This document shows positions 1-8,985 of a stretch of 64,000 nt of DNA, in pieces; within the stretch, counting starts at the first letter, position 1, and each line of letters begins with the position of its first letter. The position numbers and the translations under genes were made by a program. This stretch comes from Bacteroidales bacterium (lineage in GTDB: Bacteria > Bacteroidota > Bacteroidia > Bacteroidales > DTGW01), in contig DAOSPF010000006.1 of NCBI GenBank assembly GCA_035374585.1, forward strand, positions 5,408 through 69,407. Reading direction: 5' to 3'. The notes beneath the pieces are model-generated. The model saw only the letters and a list, made by a program, of their open reading frames with translations, was not told where the DNA came from and did not search any database.

Positions 1-302
1 GGACGGGGGCGATGGATACTATATTTCAAAATAGTTGCAATAATTGCTGTCGTTGTAACTGAAACTGCCACATATACCGAACGCTGGCGGGCATCAATGT
101 TTTTTCTGCGGAAAGCAATTACTAATAACAAAACTGCCAATCCATAAGCCACAGTTGATGCGGAGTCGGTAATGACCCTGAAAACACCGTCGAGATTTTT
201 ATTGCGGTTCAGGTTGATATCTTTCAATATGTCGATATCAATATTTTGGGAGTATAGTACTATTGGAGAAAGTAGCAATAAAAATATAAGATATTTCTTC
301 AT
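1..302 (-). CDS. PAP2-family phosphatase, N-terminal part (ORF runs off window start)
   Basis: ATG at 302..300 on the minus strand, open to position 1. It translates MKKYLIFLLLLSPIVLYSQNIDIDILKDINLNRNKNLDGVFRVITDSAS..., a signal peptide followed by the LxxINxxRNxxLD-type N-terminus I associate with Bacteroidota PAP2 phosphatases. It is absent from the ORF track because it is truncated. Confidence 0.5.
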   Translation of the reverse strand, partial: MKKYLIFLLLLSPIVLYSQNIDIDILKDINLNRNKNLDGVFRVITDSASTVAYGLAVLLLVIAFRRKNIDARQRSVYVAVSVTTTAIIATILKYSIHRPR

Positions 303-450
303 TTGTATGAAATTTTAATTTATTGAAATTTAATTATTTAAGCCATTAATATTTGTTATTTAAAGTGAGTGGATGCAACCAACCATCCATGCCGATTTAT
401 CGGGATTCATGTGTGTTTTTTTTGGGGGCCGCAATCATGTGTGTTTCATT

Positions 451-1614
451 TTAATTCAAATTTTTAGAAGATAGTTTAACGAATAACGGAACAGATGCCA
501 GTTGCATTACTACCGAGAACGCAATTAGCCATATAATAGACATATCATATAGCCAGCCCATTAAAAAGCTTCCCAGAAACCAGAATAAGCCAAAAACTGC
601 ATTAAAAACCCCAAACCCGGTTGCTTTTTTATCGGCGGGCAATATGGATGACAGGACAGCCCTTACGACAGATTCCTGTGCAGCCATGCCCACGCCCCAG
701 CAAACCATTCCGGCTATGGCTGTGTAAAAATTGCCCATAAATACTAACGGGGCAAACAATAAAGATAGCAATGTACTGCCAATAAGTACTTTTATACCAT
801 GTTTATCAAACAACCTGCCCAGCAACAAAGCGGCCAATGCATCGACACCCATTGCAATGGCATACATTACAGGAATCCATTGGGTAGTAACCTGTCCGGT
901 TTTGTTAAAGTGGAATGCTATAAGCGGATAATCTGCAAACCCCGCAGCAATAAGCGATACGGCTGCCAGATAAATCCAGTAAAACTTTTTTGGAAAAACA
1001 AGTTTTGGCATGTTGTTTTTATCTTCCAAATGTTCGGTCCTTGGGTAGTTTAGCCTTGCAACAACCAATATTGTTAAGGCTATTAAGGCCGGGATAAGTA
1101 ATATCCCGAATGATTTAGCGTAATTGCCCGAAAAGAAAAACACAGCGCCAACGATAATTGGCCCTGTAACTGCCCCTATCTGGTCGAGCGCTTCATGCAC
1201 GCCAAAAGCCTTACCATGACCTATTGAAGACGAGGCATGAGAAAGCATCACATCTCTTGCAGGGTTACGGATAGCCCTTCCGGTGCGTTCCAGAATCATT
1301 AACACGGCTGCTATCTGCCAATTTCCGGCAAGGGCAAGTGCCGGTACTGCTAAAAGGTTGATGGCATAACCGACAAATGTTATAGTCCAGTATTGCTTTG
1401 TTTTGTCAGCAATAATACCAGAGGCTAACCGAATGGTATAACCCATGAGTTCGCCAAAACCGGCAATAAACCCGACAACTGTTGCGCTTGCCCCTAATAT
1501 GCCCAGAAACTGGCCTGTAATAGCCCGTGCCCCTTCATGGGTCATATCAGAAAACAGGCTGACAATGCCAATAAGTAATACAAAAGCCCAGGGAGTTTTT
1601 TTTATAAACTTCAT
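451..1614 (-). CDS. MFS transporter (unknown substrate)
   Basis: 387 aa, about 12 predicted hydrophobic helices. The N-terminus has FSDMTHEGARAITGQFLG, typical of one MFS subfamily. It lies downstream of fluoride riboswitch copy 2. Confidence 0.85.
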   Translation of the reverse strand: MKFIKKTPWAFVLLIGIVSLFSDMTHEGARAITGQFLGILGASATVVGFIAGFGELMGYTIRLASGIIADKTKQYWTITFVGYAINLLAVPALALAGNWQIAAVLMILERTGRAIRNPARDVMLSHASSSIGHGKAFGVHEALDQIGAVTGPIIVGAVFFFSGNYAKSFGILLIPALIALTILVVARLNYPRTEHLEDKNNMPKLVFPKKFYWIYLAAVSLIAAGFADYPLIAFHFNKTGQVTTQWIPVMYAIAMGVDALAALLLGRLFDKHGIKVLIGSTLLSLLFAPLVFMGNFYTAIAGMVCWGVGMAAQESVVRAVLSSILPADKKATGFGVFNAVFGLFWFLGSFLMGWLYDMSIIWLIAFSVVMQLASVPLFVKLSSKNLN

Positions 1615-1632
1615 TTTCTTTACTTCATTTTG

Positions 1633-1854
1633 TTATACAATAAAAAATGCTGGTTTAATTGGAAGCAAAGTATTTTGCCCCAAAATTATGGTTGACCGAA
1701 GATGCTCATGGAGCATGATGAAGAAAAACATAAAACCATCAAGCTGACAAGTATGCAATACAATAACAGCAGGTGCCTTTATGACCCTGTGAAGGCTCTT
1801 GGCCTTGTAAGTGAACGAAAATAAAATGACAAAATTATCAACAATAGATATCAT
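1633..1854 (-). CDS. hypothetical 73-aa ORF directly after fluoride riboswitch 2 (coding status uncertain)
   Basis: The ATG at 1854 lies 3 nt beyond the base of the hairpin that overlaps the 3' end of the aptamer. The stop at 1633 is 18 nt before the MFS start. I recognise no family similarity, and a plus-strand ORF overlaps it. Confidence 0.25.
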   Translation of the reverse strand: MISIVDNFVILFSFTYKAKSLHRVIKAPAVIVLHTCQLDGFMFFFIMLHEHLRSTIILGQNTLLPIKPAFFIV

Positions 1855-1881
1855 AAATGACTGGTTTTAATAAAATTAAAA

Positions 1882-1931
1882 CTACAGGAGTCATCAGTCA
1901 TTTACGACAATTCAAGGTGAACCCCATCACC
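1882..1931 (-). promoter_or_regulatory. fluoride riboswitch (crcB motif), copy 2
   Basis: The minus strand reads GGUGAUGGGGUUCACCUUGAAUUGUCGUAAAUGACUGAUGACUCCUGUAG. It matches the conserved GGnGAUGGnGUUCnCC ... CUGAUGAnUCCU core of fluoride aptamers. A hairpin follows (CUG-GUUUUAAU/AUUAAAAC-CAG) that recruits the aptamer 3' end. Confidence 0.75.
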
Positions 1932-1939
1932 ACACAAGA

Positions 1940-1947
1940 CAAAGGTA
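1940..1947 (-). promoter_or_regulatory. Bacteroidota -7 promoter box TACCTTTG for riboswitch 2
   Basis: TACCTTTG (TAnnTTTG consensus) lies 6 nt upstream of the aptamer. The same box and spacing occur at riboswitch 1. A second TAAATTTG box sits at 1947..1954. Confidence 0.45.
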
Positions 1948-1991
1948 CAAATTTATAATTTTGAAAAATGGATGTTGTTGTTAAAAAGAGC

Positions 1992-2028
1992 TAAAAATGC
2001 GCGGAAATTTTCACTGAAGCTTCCGCGC
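1992..2028 (-). terminator. intrinsic terminator after eno
   Basis: 8-bp GC-rich stem GCGCGGAA/TTCCGCGC (1999..2028), followed on the minus strand by AUUUUU. It lies 9 nt after the eno stop. Confidence 0.6.
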
Positions 2029-2036
2029 CGTAGATT

Positions 2037-3317
2037 TTACCTGTTTTTAAAAGCTGCAATGCCTGCAAATTTTGAGTTTTTCCCAAGTTCATGTTCAATG
2101 CGCATGAGTTGGTTGAATTTTTCAATACGCTCGCCACGGCAACCGCTGCCAGTCTTGAGATGTCCGGCATTGACAGCAACTGTCAGGTCTGCAATAAACG
2201 TATCGGGGGTTTCGCCGCTGCGGTGCGATACAAAGCAATTGTAACTGTTTTTGTACGCCAGTTCAATAGTTTCAAGCGTTTCTGTTACTGTCCCAATCTG
2301 GTTCAGTTTTATAAGAATAGAATTGGCTACACCTTTTTCAATGCCTTCAGCTAATATTGCCTTGTTAGTACAAAACAGGTCATCGCCTACTATCTCAATT
2401 TTGTTTCCAAGTGCTTTGGTCAGATTTTTCCATCCATCCCAGTCGTTTTCGGCCAGGCCGTCTTCAAGTAGCACAATAGGATATTGGTTTGTCCAGCTTT
2501 CCCAAAGTTTTATAAGCTCATCGCCCGTAATTAATTTGCCTGTACTTTTGAACATTTTGTATTTGCCATCTTCCCAAAGTTCGCTGGCAGCAGGGTCTAT
2601 ACATATACTAACTTCATTTCCGGGCTTATATCCGGCCTTATTGATAGCTTCGAGGATGACTTCTACAGCTTCTTCATTCGATTTGAGGTCAGGGGCAAAA
2701 CCACCTTCATCACCAACGCCAGTGCTGTAGCCTTTAGCCTTTAACACCCCTTTTAATGTATGGAAAACTTCAACACCCATACGGATGGCTTCGGTAAACG
2801 AAGGTGCACCATGCGGGGCAATCATAAATTCCTGAAAGTCCACGTTGTTATCGGCATGTTTCCCGCCGTTGATAATGTTCATACAGGGAACAGGCAACAA
2901 ATAAGCATTGCTCCCGCCTAAATATTGGTAAAGTGGCATCCCGGCGCTCATGGCTTTAGCACGGGCATAGGCCATTGACACTCCAAGAATGGCATTGGCC
3001 CCTAATTTTGATTTGTTTTGTGAACCGTCCAGATTAATCATAAAATAATCAAGTTCACGCTGGCTAACAAAACATTTTCCTTCGATTTCTTTAGCAATGA
3101 CTTTGTTTACGTTTTCAACGGCTTTCAACACGCCTTTACCTCCGTAGCGTTTTTTGTCACCATCACGCAGTTCGTAAGCCTCACGTTCTCCGGTAGATGC
3201 ACCGCTTGGGACCATTGCCCGGGCTTTTGTGCCATCTTCTAACTCTAAATTTACCTCAATGGTAGGATTGCCCCTCGAATCGAGTATTTCAATTGCTTCA
3301 ACTTTAATGATTTTCAT
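2037..3317 (-). CDS. eno: enolase (phosphopyruvate hydratase)
   Basis: 426 aa. [22 protein letters not shown]...[10 protein letters not shown]...[18 protein letters not shown] are canonical enolase signatures over the full length. Confidence 0.97.
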   Translation of the reverse strand: MKIIKVEAIEILDSRGNPTIEVNLELEDGTKARAMVPSGASTGEREAYELRDGDKKRYGGKGVLKAVENVNKVIAKEIEGKCFVSQRELDYFMINLDGSQNKSKLGANAILGVSMAYARAKAMSAGMPLYQYLGGSNAYLLPVPCMNIINGGKHADNNVDFQEFMIAPHGAPSFTEAIRMGVEVFHTLKGVLKAKGYSTGVGDEGGFAPDLKSNEEAVEVILEAINKAGYKPGNEVSICIDPAASELWEDGKYKMFKSTGKLITGDELIKLWESWTNQYPIVLLEDGLAENDWDGWKNLTKALGNKIEIVGDDLFCTNKAILAEGIEKGVANSILIKLNQIGTVTETLETIELAYKNSYNCFVSHRSGETPDTFIADLTVAVNAGHLKTGSGCRGERIEKFNQLMRIEHELGKNSKFAGIAAFKNR

Positions 3318-3644
3318 CCGTAAATAATTTTTTAATAAGGTCGGATGGAACTCGCATGATGAATTTTCATCCTTGTTTGTGTTTAACGAATCATGCTCGT
3401 TTCATGGCAGTATGTTTTTGAATTAAAACTAAATAACAACTAAATGTTGAATCCAATCAATAAACAATTTATTTCAGCTAAGGTTAATCCTAATATTGAA
3501 TTTTATTTATCTAAACCAACTTCTCTTGTATGCCTAAGGCTTGTGCTTTAGTTTAATTTCATTAAATGAAATGTAAGTATCTGAAATGCAGATGAATATA
3601 GCTTGTGCGTGTGTCTTCGCAGATTTATTAGTAGCAGGTAAATT

Positions 3645-5153
3645 TTATATTCCAGCATCGGGATTGTCAAATATCTTGTTGTACAAATCCTTTCCAAAGC
3701 TGGTTTGCAGTGGTTCCCCTTCGACCAGCTTAAAGGTCCGCGCCCCGTCAGCTTGTCTCTCAGCCCTGAGGAACAAGGCATTTTCTAACTTTCTAACGTA
3801 AAAACTTTGGGCAAAATCGTACAAATGGGTGACAAAAAAAACTTTTACCCCCTTTTCTATTAAGGCATTTACTATTTGTCTCCCTATTTCGGAGCCTTCT
3901 CTTTCGTTGGTGGCTGCAAACGACTCGTTAAAGAGGATCATGGAATGTGATGATAAATTGTCGGCAATGCTGCTCATCCTGCTTAGTTCTTCATCAAGTT
4001 TTCCGCTGTTCATGGCCGAATCTTCTTCTCTTTTGAAATGAGAAAACAACTGGCTACAGGTATTAGCCGAAAAAGAAGCGGCAGGTACAAACATCCCGCA
4101 CTGCATCATCAGTTGGGCAAGGCCAATACTCCGCAAAAAAGTAGATTTGCCTCCCTGGTTTGCCCCGGTAATTATCACCAGGTTTTTGTTTTCGGCTATA
4201 GCATCATTGGCCACTACCTTTTGTTTCATAGCCAAAGCGAGGGATACATCATACAAGCCGCGAAAAACGTGTGTTCGAAGGTGCCCAGGCAAGGGTTGGG
4301 GAAACGAGCAATCAGCCCCCAGGCTGGCAAGCTGTCCGTGCAAATTCAAACAACCTGTGTAGAAGGCTATTTCAGTCTTTAACATACTGAAAAAGCTGAA
4401 AATGTGTTCCATAGATTGTGCAAGGGCATTGGCTACAACATTGACCCCCTCGTCTTTTATTTCCCTCAATGCCCTTGCCCCGCTCTCGTCGCGTGGATGG
4501 ACATTGAAAGTGTATCCTGGCTTTTTGCGCGGAAAAAGCATTTGCACCCATCCTTGTTTTTGTTGAGGGAGCTTGCAAAGCTGGTAAGGGTAGCCTTTGT
4601 TTCCTTTTCCCAGTTGGGTGTTGAACAAAGCCCCATCGTGAAACTCAAGTTCTTTGATATGTTTCCAGGCTTCAGCCATAAAATCTTCATCCAACTCTTT
4701 TTGGAGCATTGCAAAAAACCTGGAAAAGCCCTTTGATTGAAAATGAGAGGCATGTTCATCTGCCAGCGCTTTTAATTGTTTGAGATAACCCAGCAAATCT
4801 TTCAAGGAAGCAATAGAGCTATAAAGTACCGATGATGGTGATGATGAAAGAAACCACCAATGTTCGTTCCTTGACAATAGGGCTTCGGTGGACAACCTGT
4901 ATATTTCCCTAACTACAAGTTGGTTTTCAATGCTATCTTTCAGGATGTCCTGGCGGTATAATATGGTTTCAATATCATTGAATGTGCCTGACAGGAGAGC
5001 TTCTTTAGCTATTTTGTAGATAAATTCATCGCCCGAAGCCATTGTGGCAAATAATGTCCCCAATTCTAAGTCTTGAACCAATGCAGCGCTGTTCGGCAGA
5101 AGTTTCTTCCGGGTTTCAAAATTATCTTTTTCGAACATCAGAAAAACTTTCAT
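3645..5153 (-). CDS. MutS-related ATPase (domain V only; no mismatch-binding or Smr domain), paralog B
   Basis: 502 aa. Walker A GANQGGKSTFLRSIG and MutS-type block MILFNESFAATNEREG. The helical N-terminal part lacks MutS domains I and II. Confidence 0.85.
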   Translation of the reverse strand: MKVFLMFEKDNFETRKKLLPNSAALVQDLELGTLFATMASGDEFIYKIAKEALLSGTFNDIETILYRQDILKDSIENQLVVREIYRLSTEALLSRNEHWWFLSSSPSSVLYSSIASLKDLLGYLKQLKALADEHASHFQSKGFSRFFAMLQKELDEDFMAEAWKHIKELEFHDGALFNTQLGKGNKGYPYQLCKLPQQKQGWVQMLFPRKKPGYTFNVHPRDESGARALREIKDEGVNVVANALAQSMEHIFSFFSMLKTEIAFYTGCLNLHGQLASLGADCSFPQPLPGHLRTHVFRGLYDVSLALAMKQKVVANDAIAENKNLVIITGANQGGKSTFLRSIGLAQLMMQCGMFVPAASFSANTCSQLFSHFKREEDSAMNSGKLDEELSRMSSIADNLSSHSMILFNESFAATNEREGSEIGRQIVNALIEKGVKVFFVTHLYDFAQSFYVRKLENALFLRAERQADGARTFKLVEGEPLQTSFGKDLYNKIFDNPDAGI

Positions 5154-5157
5154 GGCC

Positions 5158-6690
5158 TTAAGGTATAATGCGTTTTTTCAATTCACTGTATGTAAGCTGG
5201 TATTTTTCAGCTACCGATATTGCATAAGCCAAGCCATTGGCCGGCATCCTTGAGAACTTGAAAGTGCGTTGTGACGGGTCGCCCGAAACTACTGCGCCAA
5301 CCATGCTCACCGTTTTTTCATTGAACGATGCCAGCTCATCTATAAATGTTACCCAAACACAAAGTACATCAAGCCTGGTCAAATCCTCCATAATCTTTTT
5401 GCTCAGAAAAATACCATCTTGTAATGTAGTAGAGGTCAGTATTTCGTTCATGATGACAATTGTATCGGGGGTGCAATGCCCTAATATCCAATGTAGCCTT
5501 GCCAGGTCGTCTTCCAGCTTGCTTCGCAGGTTCAGTACATTTTCTTCCTTTTCGAAATGGGTAAAAATATTGTTGCAAAGAAAAAGCTTTGCCCTACTGC
5601 CGGGAACAGGGAGCCCGAGCCCTGCAAGGTAGTGCAACTGCCCAAATGTGCGGGCAAAAGTTGTTTTTCCCCCTTGGTTTGGGCCTGTAACGACCAAAAT
5701 ACGTTCATGGCCTTTGAGGTAAAAATCGTTGGCCACTACGGCTTTCTTTTCACTTACGAGCTTATGGGCCAAAGGCAGGTCAAAACAAGCTGTAACATCA
5801 ATTTCCTTGTCAACAGCCGAAACCTGCGGATAGCAAAACTCCAGGCCAGCCTTTTTTATATTTTCGATATACTCGAAGTAAGCCAGGTAAAACTGCACTT
5901 CACGGTCGAACCTGACAATGGTTTCGTCCTGAAAACGGGTATTCCCTTTGTAAAATGCATCAAGACGGGCAAAAGCATCGGGGTTCAAATATGCAACCCC
6001 ATCCAGGATTTTGGCCTCCACGTGGTTCATGCCCAATGGATATGAGAGCCCGCTTCTGTAATCTTTTACATCGCCTTGCTTGAATTTTGCAAAAGTAGCT
6101 TGTACTTCTTCTGTATAATCGTCACCCGGCTGAAAATCCAATACCCTGACACGTAGCTCCTTGATATGTACACTGTATTTTATTGAAGATAATTCATGTA
6201 TTATTGCCCTGGCTTCTGCAAGAAGGTTTTTAAATTGCAAAGATTCTGTGTAACTTGTGAGGTAGTTACAGAAGGTAATGAAACCCCGCGATTTTATGGG
6301 CAAATGGGGCAAATTTTTAGCCAACGATTCCATGGCTTGGCCATAAAAGATGACAATATCCAGAAACACCCGTTCTTTATGGTATTGATAGTATAATTTT
6401 TCTGTTTCGGCAAGCTGTTTGCGGATATTGCGCATATCTCCCTCGAAAGCTTTTAAATACCTGTATAAGTCCTGGCGTTCAATATCTTGCATTACCTCCT
6501 GGCGGTATTTTATATCTTCTGTGTTTGCCAACAAGGTATAAAAATAGGGCTTAAGGTTGTATTCTTCTTTACCTTTAAGGGCTGTATCTACCACCTGGTT
6601 GATGTTCAAATCAACCATAAATGCTGGCTCTTCAAGATGTAAACTGTCATCCGGGACAGTGCTGGCAAACAATATGCTTTCAAAAACCAT
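5158..6690 (-). CDS. MutS-related ATPase (domain V only), paralog A
   Basis: 510 aa. Walker A GPNQGGKTTFARTFG and block IVIMNEILTSTTLQDG. There is a 4-nt gap to paralog B. Confidence 0.85.
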   Translation of the reverse strand: MVFESILFASTVPDDSLHLEEPAFMVDLNINQVVDTALKGKEEYNLKPYFYTLLANTEDIKYRQEVMQDIERQDLYRYLKAFEGDMRNIRKQLAETEKLYYQYHKERVFLDIVIFYGQAMESLAKNLPHLPIKSRGFITFCNYLTSYTESLQFKNLLAEARAIIHELSSIKYSVHIKELRVRVLDFQPGDDYTEEVQATFAKFKQGDVKDYRSGLSYPLGMNHVEAKILDGVAYLNPDAFARLDAFYKGNTRFQDETIVRFDREVQFYLAYFEYIENIKKAGLEFCYPQVSAVDKEIDVTACFDLPLAHKLVSEKKAVVANDFYLKGHERILVVTGPNQGGKTTFARTFGQLHYLAGLGLPVPGSRAKLFLCNNIFTHFEKEENVLNLRSKLEDDLARLHWILGHCTPDTIVIMNEILTSTTLQDGIFLSKKIMEDLTRLDVLCVWVTFIDELASFNEKTVSMVGAVVSGDPSQRTFKFSRMPANGLAYAISVAEKYQLTYSELKKRIIP

Positions 6691-6749
6691 CTTAATACCT
6701 CCATCGGGGTTTAAACAACATTTTTCAACCTAAGCTCATAGCCCTTACT

Positions 6750-7220
6750 TTATCTCCTTAGGGTTGCAATAATCCTTTTCGGATTTAACAACAGTTCGAG
6801 GGCATCGACAATGCTAAAACAAACAATATCGGCTGCCATAATGCTTTTGGCCGAAGCACCTTCTTTTTGTATTACGGCAATACTAAGCGCGCTGCTTTTG
6901 AGCATGAGGGCATCATTTGCCCCGTTGCCAATGGCAACTACATTTTCAGCGCCTAAGCTAATTGTATATTTTTCTTTCTGAATATCCTGCATAGATAGCC
7001 CCAATATCTCGATAGAACAGTTTAGGCCTGACAATTGGCCCTTAGCAGAGCCAAAAGTGTCAGCTGTCAGTACATAGATGTTTAACTTACTGCCTATTTG
7101 GCCGATGAGTTGCTTAACTCCATCTATAAGCTTGCCGTCTATGGCCAGTGTCCCGTTATAATCGAGTACCAGATGTGCCAGCTCTATTTTTTTATATCCG
7201 GGAATATCAATCGCTATCAT
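6750..7220 (-). CDS. HAD-superfamily protein, soluble P-type-ATPase-like (COG4087-like)
   Basis: 156 aa. Motif I LVLDYNGTLA (DxNGT), C-terminal GNGANDALML (HAD motif III), ending ...IIATLRR. Confidence 0.7.
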   Translation of the reverse strand: MIAIDIPGYKKIELAHLVLDYNGTLAIDGKLIDGVKQLIGQIGSKLNIYVLTADTFGSAKGQLSGLNCSIEILGLSMQDIQKEKYTISLGAENVVAIGNGANDALMLKSSALSIAVIQKEGASAKSIMAADIVCFSIVDALELLLNPKRIIATLRR

Positions 7221-7243
7221 ACTTTAATCAATTAAGGCAGATG

Positions 7244-8488
7244 TTATTTACTCAAAGACAGCCCGTAAGCAATGCTGTTGAAATTGTCGCCCATGCGGAT
7301 TTTATGAGGCCCAAACAACTTTTCGAAGATATCTCTGATGGGCACCACAGATGCGCTCCCTCCTGTAAGGAATACTGTATCAATATCGGCTGCCTTGACA
7401 TTTGCGTTCTCCATTAATGATAAAACGCAGTGTTCAATTTTATTGGTTTCGTTATTTATAAAGTTACGAAACTCTTCAAGGGTCATAAGTTCTCTGATGT
7501 TGATTATGTTGCGGGCAAACTCTACCATGGTTTCTGTTTTTGACGAAAGTTCAATTTTGGCTTTTTCTATCTGTTGAAAAAGGGCATATACAAGGTTGTT
7601 GTCTATAAGCGCCATTAAGTCTTCCAGCCTTTTGTCGCGGCCAGAAAATATGTAATAGTTGTTTAAGTCCCTACGGAGCTTGGTTTCTTTGAGAAGAAAT
7701 GAGCGTTCCCATTTTTTGAGCTCGTGGTGAATGGTGGTAGGCACGTCAAGCTCTTTGTTGTATGAAGCATATTTGACCCCTCTGCCCAGCAACGGGGTTA
7801 GTTTATGCCACATAGTCTGGGAGTCGAACATATCGCCGCCAATATAAAGCCCTCCGTTTGCAATTATATCTCCCTTGCGGTCTTCAGCGTTTATCCGGTC
7901 GGGGCCAAGTTCCATGATGGTAAAGTCGGAAGTGCCCCCTCCAAAGTCTGCTACCAAAACCCTCTCGTGCTGAGTCAAGGAGCTTTCATAAGAGAATGCT
8001 GCAGCTATAGGCTCGTAAAGAAGCTTTACGTCTTTAAAACCTGCATTGGAAGCAGCTTTAAGCAGTCTTTTGACAGCTATTTCTTCTTTTTCGGGGTCTT
8101 CAGAAAAAACAACCGGACGGCCAAGTACCACTTGTTCAATTTCGTGACCTATAGCCTTTTCGGCTTGCTGTTTGAAATGTTTAATAATTAAAGCAGCCAG
8201 TTCATCAGGTGTAAACCTTTTGCCAAAAATAAAAGTATGTATAAAGTTTTTCTGTTTTAACAATGTTTTTATCGATTTTAAAAGGCGGCCGCTCATATCT
8301 GAACTAACATATTCATTGATAGCTGCTTTTCCAACCGAATATACATAATCGTTCGTGTTTTTAAAATGCAACACTGAGCTGTCATTTTCTATAAAAATAC
8401 TTTTACGTGTATGAATATCTGTAATGGCAATAGCCGTGTTAGAGGTCCCAAAATCCAGCCCACACTGGTACTTATTCAAAATCATCAA
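7244..8488 (-). CDS. Hsp70-family ATPase, nucleotide-binding domain only (YegD-like)
   Basis: 414 aa. Phosphate-1 GLDFGTSNTAIA, phosphate-2 DFGGGTSDFT, adenosine motif VFLTGGSASVVPI. There is no substrate-binding domain. Confidence 0.85.
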   Translation of the reverse strand: MMILNKYQCGLDFGTSNTAIAITDIHTRKSIFIENDSSVLHFKNTNDYVYSVGKAAINEYVSSDMSGRLLKSIKTLLKQKNFIHTFIFGKRFTPDELAALIIKHFKQQAEKAIGHEIEQVVLGRPVVFSEDPEKEEIAVKRLLKAASNAGFKDVKLLYEPIAAAFSYESSLTQHERVLVADFGGGTSDFTIMELGPDRINAEDRKGDIIANGGLYIGGDMFDSQTMWHKLTPLLGRGVKYASYNKELDVPTTIHHELKKWERSFLLKETKLRRDLNNYYIFSGRDKRLEDLMALIDNNLVYALFQQIEKAKIELSSKTETMVEFARNIINIRELMTLEEFRNFINNETNKIEHCVLSLMENANVKAADIDTVFLTGGSASVVPIRDIFEKLFGPHKIRMGDNFNSIAYGLSLSK

Positions 8489-8506
8489 TAATACTTTTTA
8501 TAAAAA

Positions 8507-8974
8507 TTATTTTTTCCACAATTTAAAAGGGGATTTCAACAGGTTGGAATTATAATACCTTGCATCATCAGATACTTCCTTGCCAACCCATTGGGGCAGT
8601 TCAAATTGTTCGCCTTCAGAATCCAATTCTATTTCGGCCACAATAAGCCCTTCGTTGTCCCCAAGAAATTCGTCCACCTCCCAGGTTTTGCTTTTGTATG
8701 TGATGGTATAGCGTTTTTTTTCAATTACGCCATCGGCTAACTTGTTGATAATTTCGGCAGCTTCATTGGCAGGGATTGGGTATTCGTACTCTTCTCTCGA
8801 TATATTGACCGTTTTTCCTTTAATGGTGATAAACCCATTATCACCCATTACCCTTACACGGATTGTCTTGTCAATACTACTATACAAATAGCCCTGTATT
8901 ATCCTTTCACCTTTCCCTTTAGCAATATTCTGCCAGTTTTCTATATCGACAATAAATTTTCTTTCTATTTCCAT
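8507..8974 (-). CDS. CYTH-domain protein (triphosphate tunnel metalloenzyme)
   Basis: I place the start at MEIERKFIV (the ExExK motif of CYTH). The longer ORF, starting at 9064, would overlap the USP gene. Confidence 0.8.
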   Translation of the reverse strand: MEIERKFIVDIENWQNIAKGKGERIIQGYLYSSIDKTIRVRVMGDNGFITIKGKTVNISREEYEYPIPANEAAEIINKLADGVIEKKRYTITYKSKTWEVDEFLGDNEGLIVAEIELDSEGEQFELPQWVGKEVSDDARYYNSNLLKSPFKLWKK

Positions 8975-8985
8975 AAAGTCAGTGT

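Noticed and set aside
3318-3644. A possible third fluoride riboswitch upstream of eno.
   Set aside because: I looked for the GGnGAUGG ... CUGAUGA core on the minus strand and did not find it. Only GGATG...CATCC hairpins are present.
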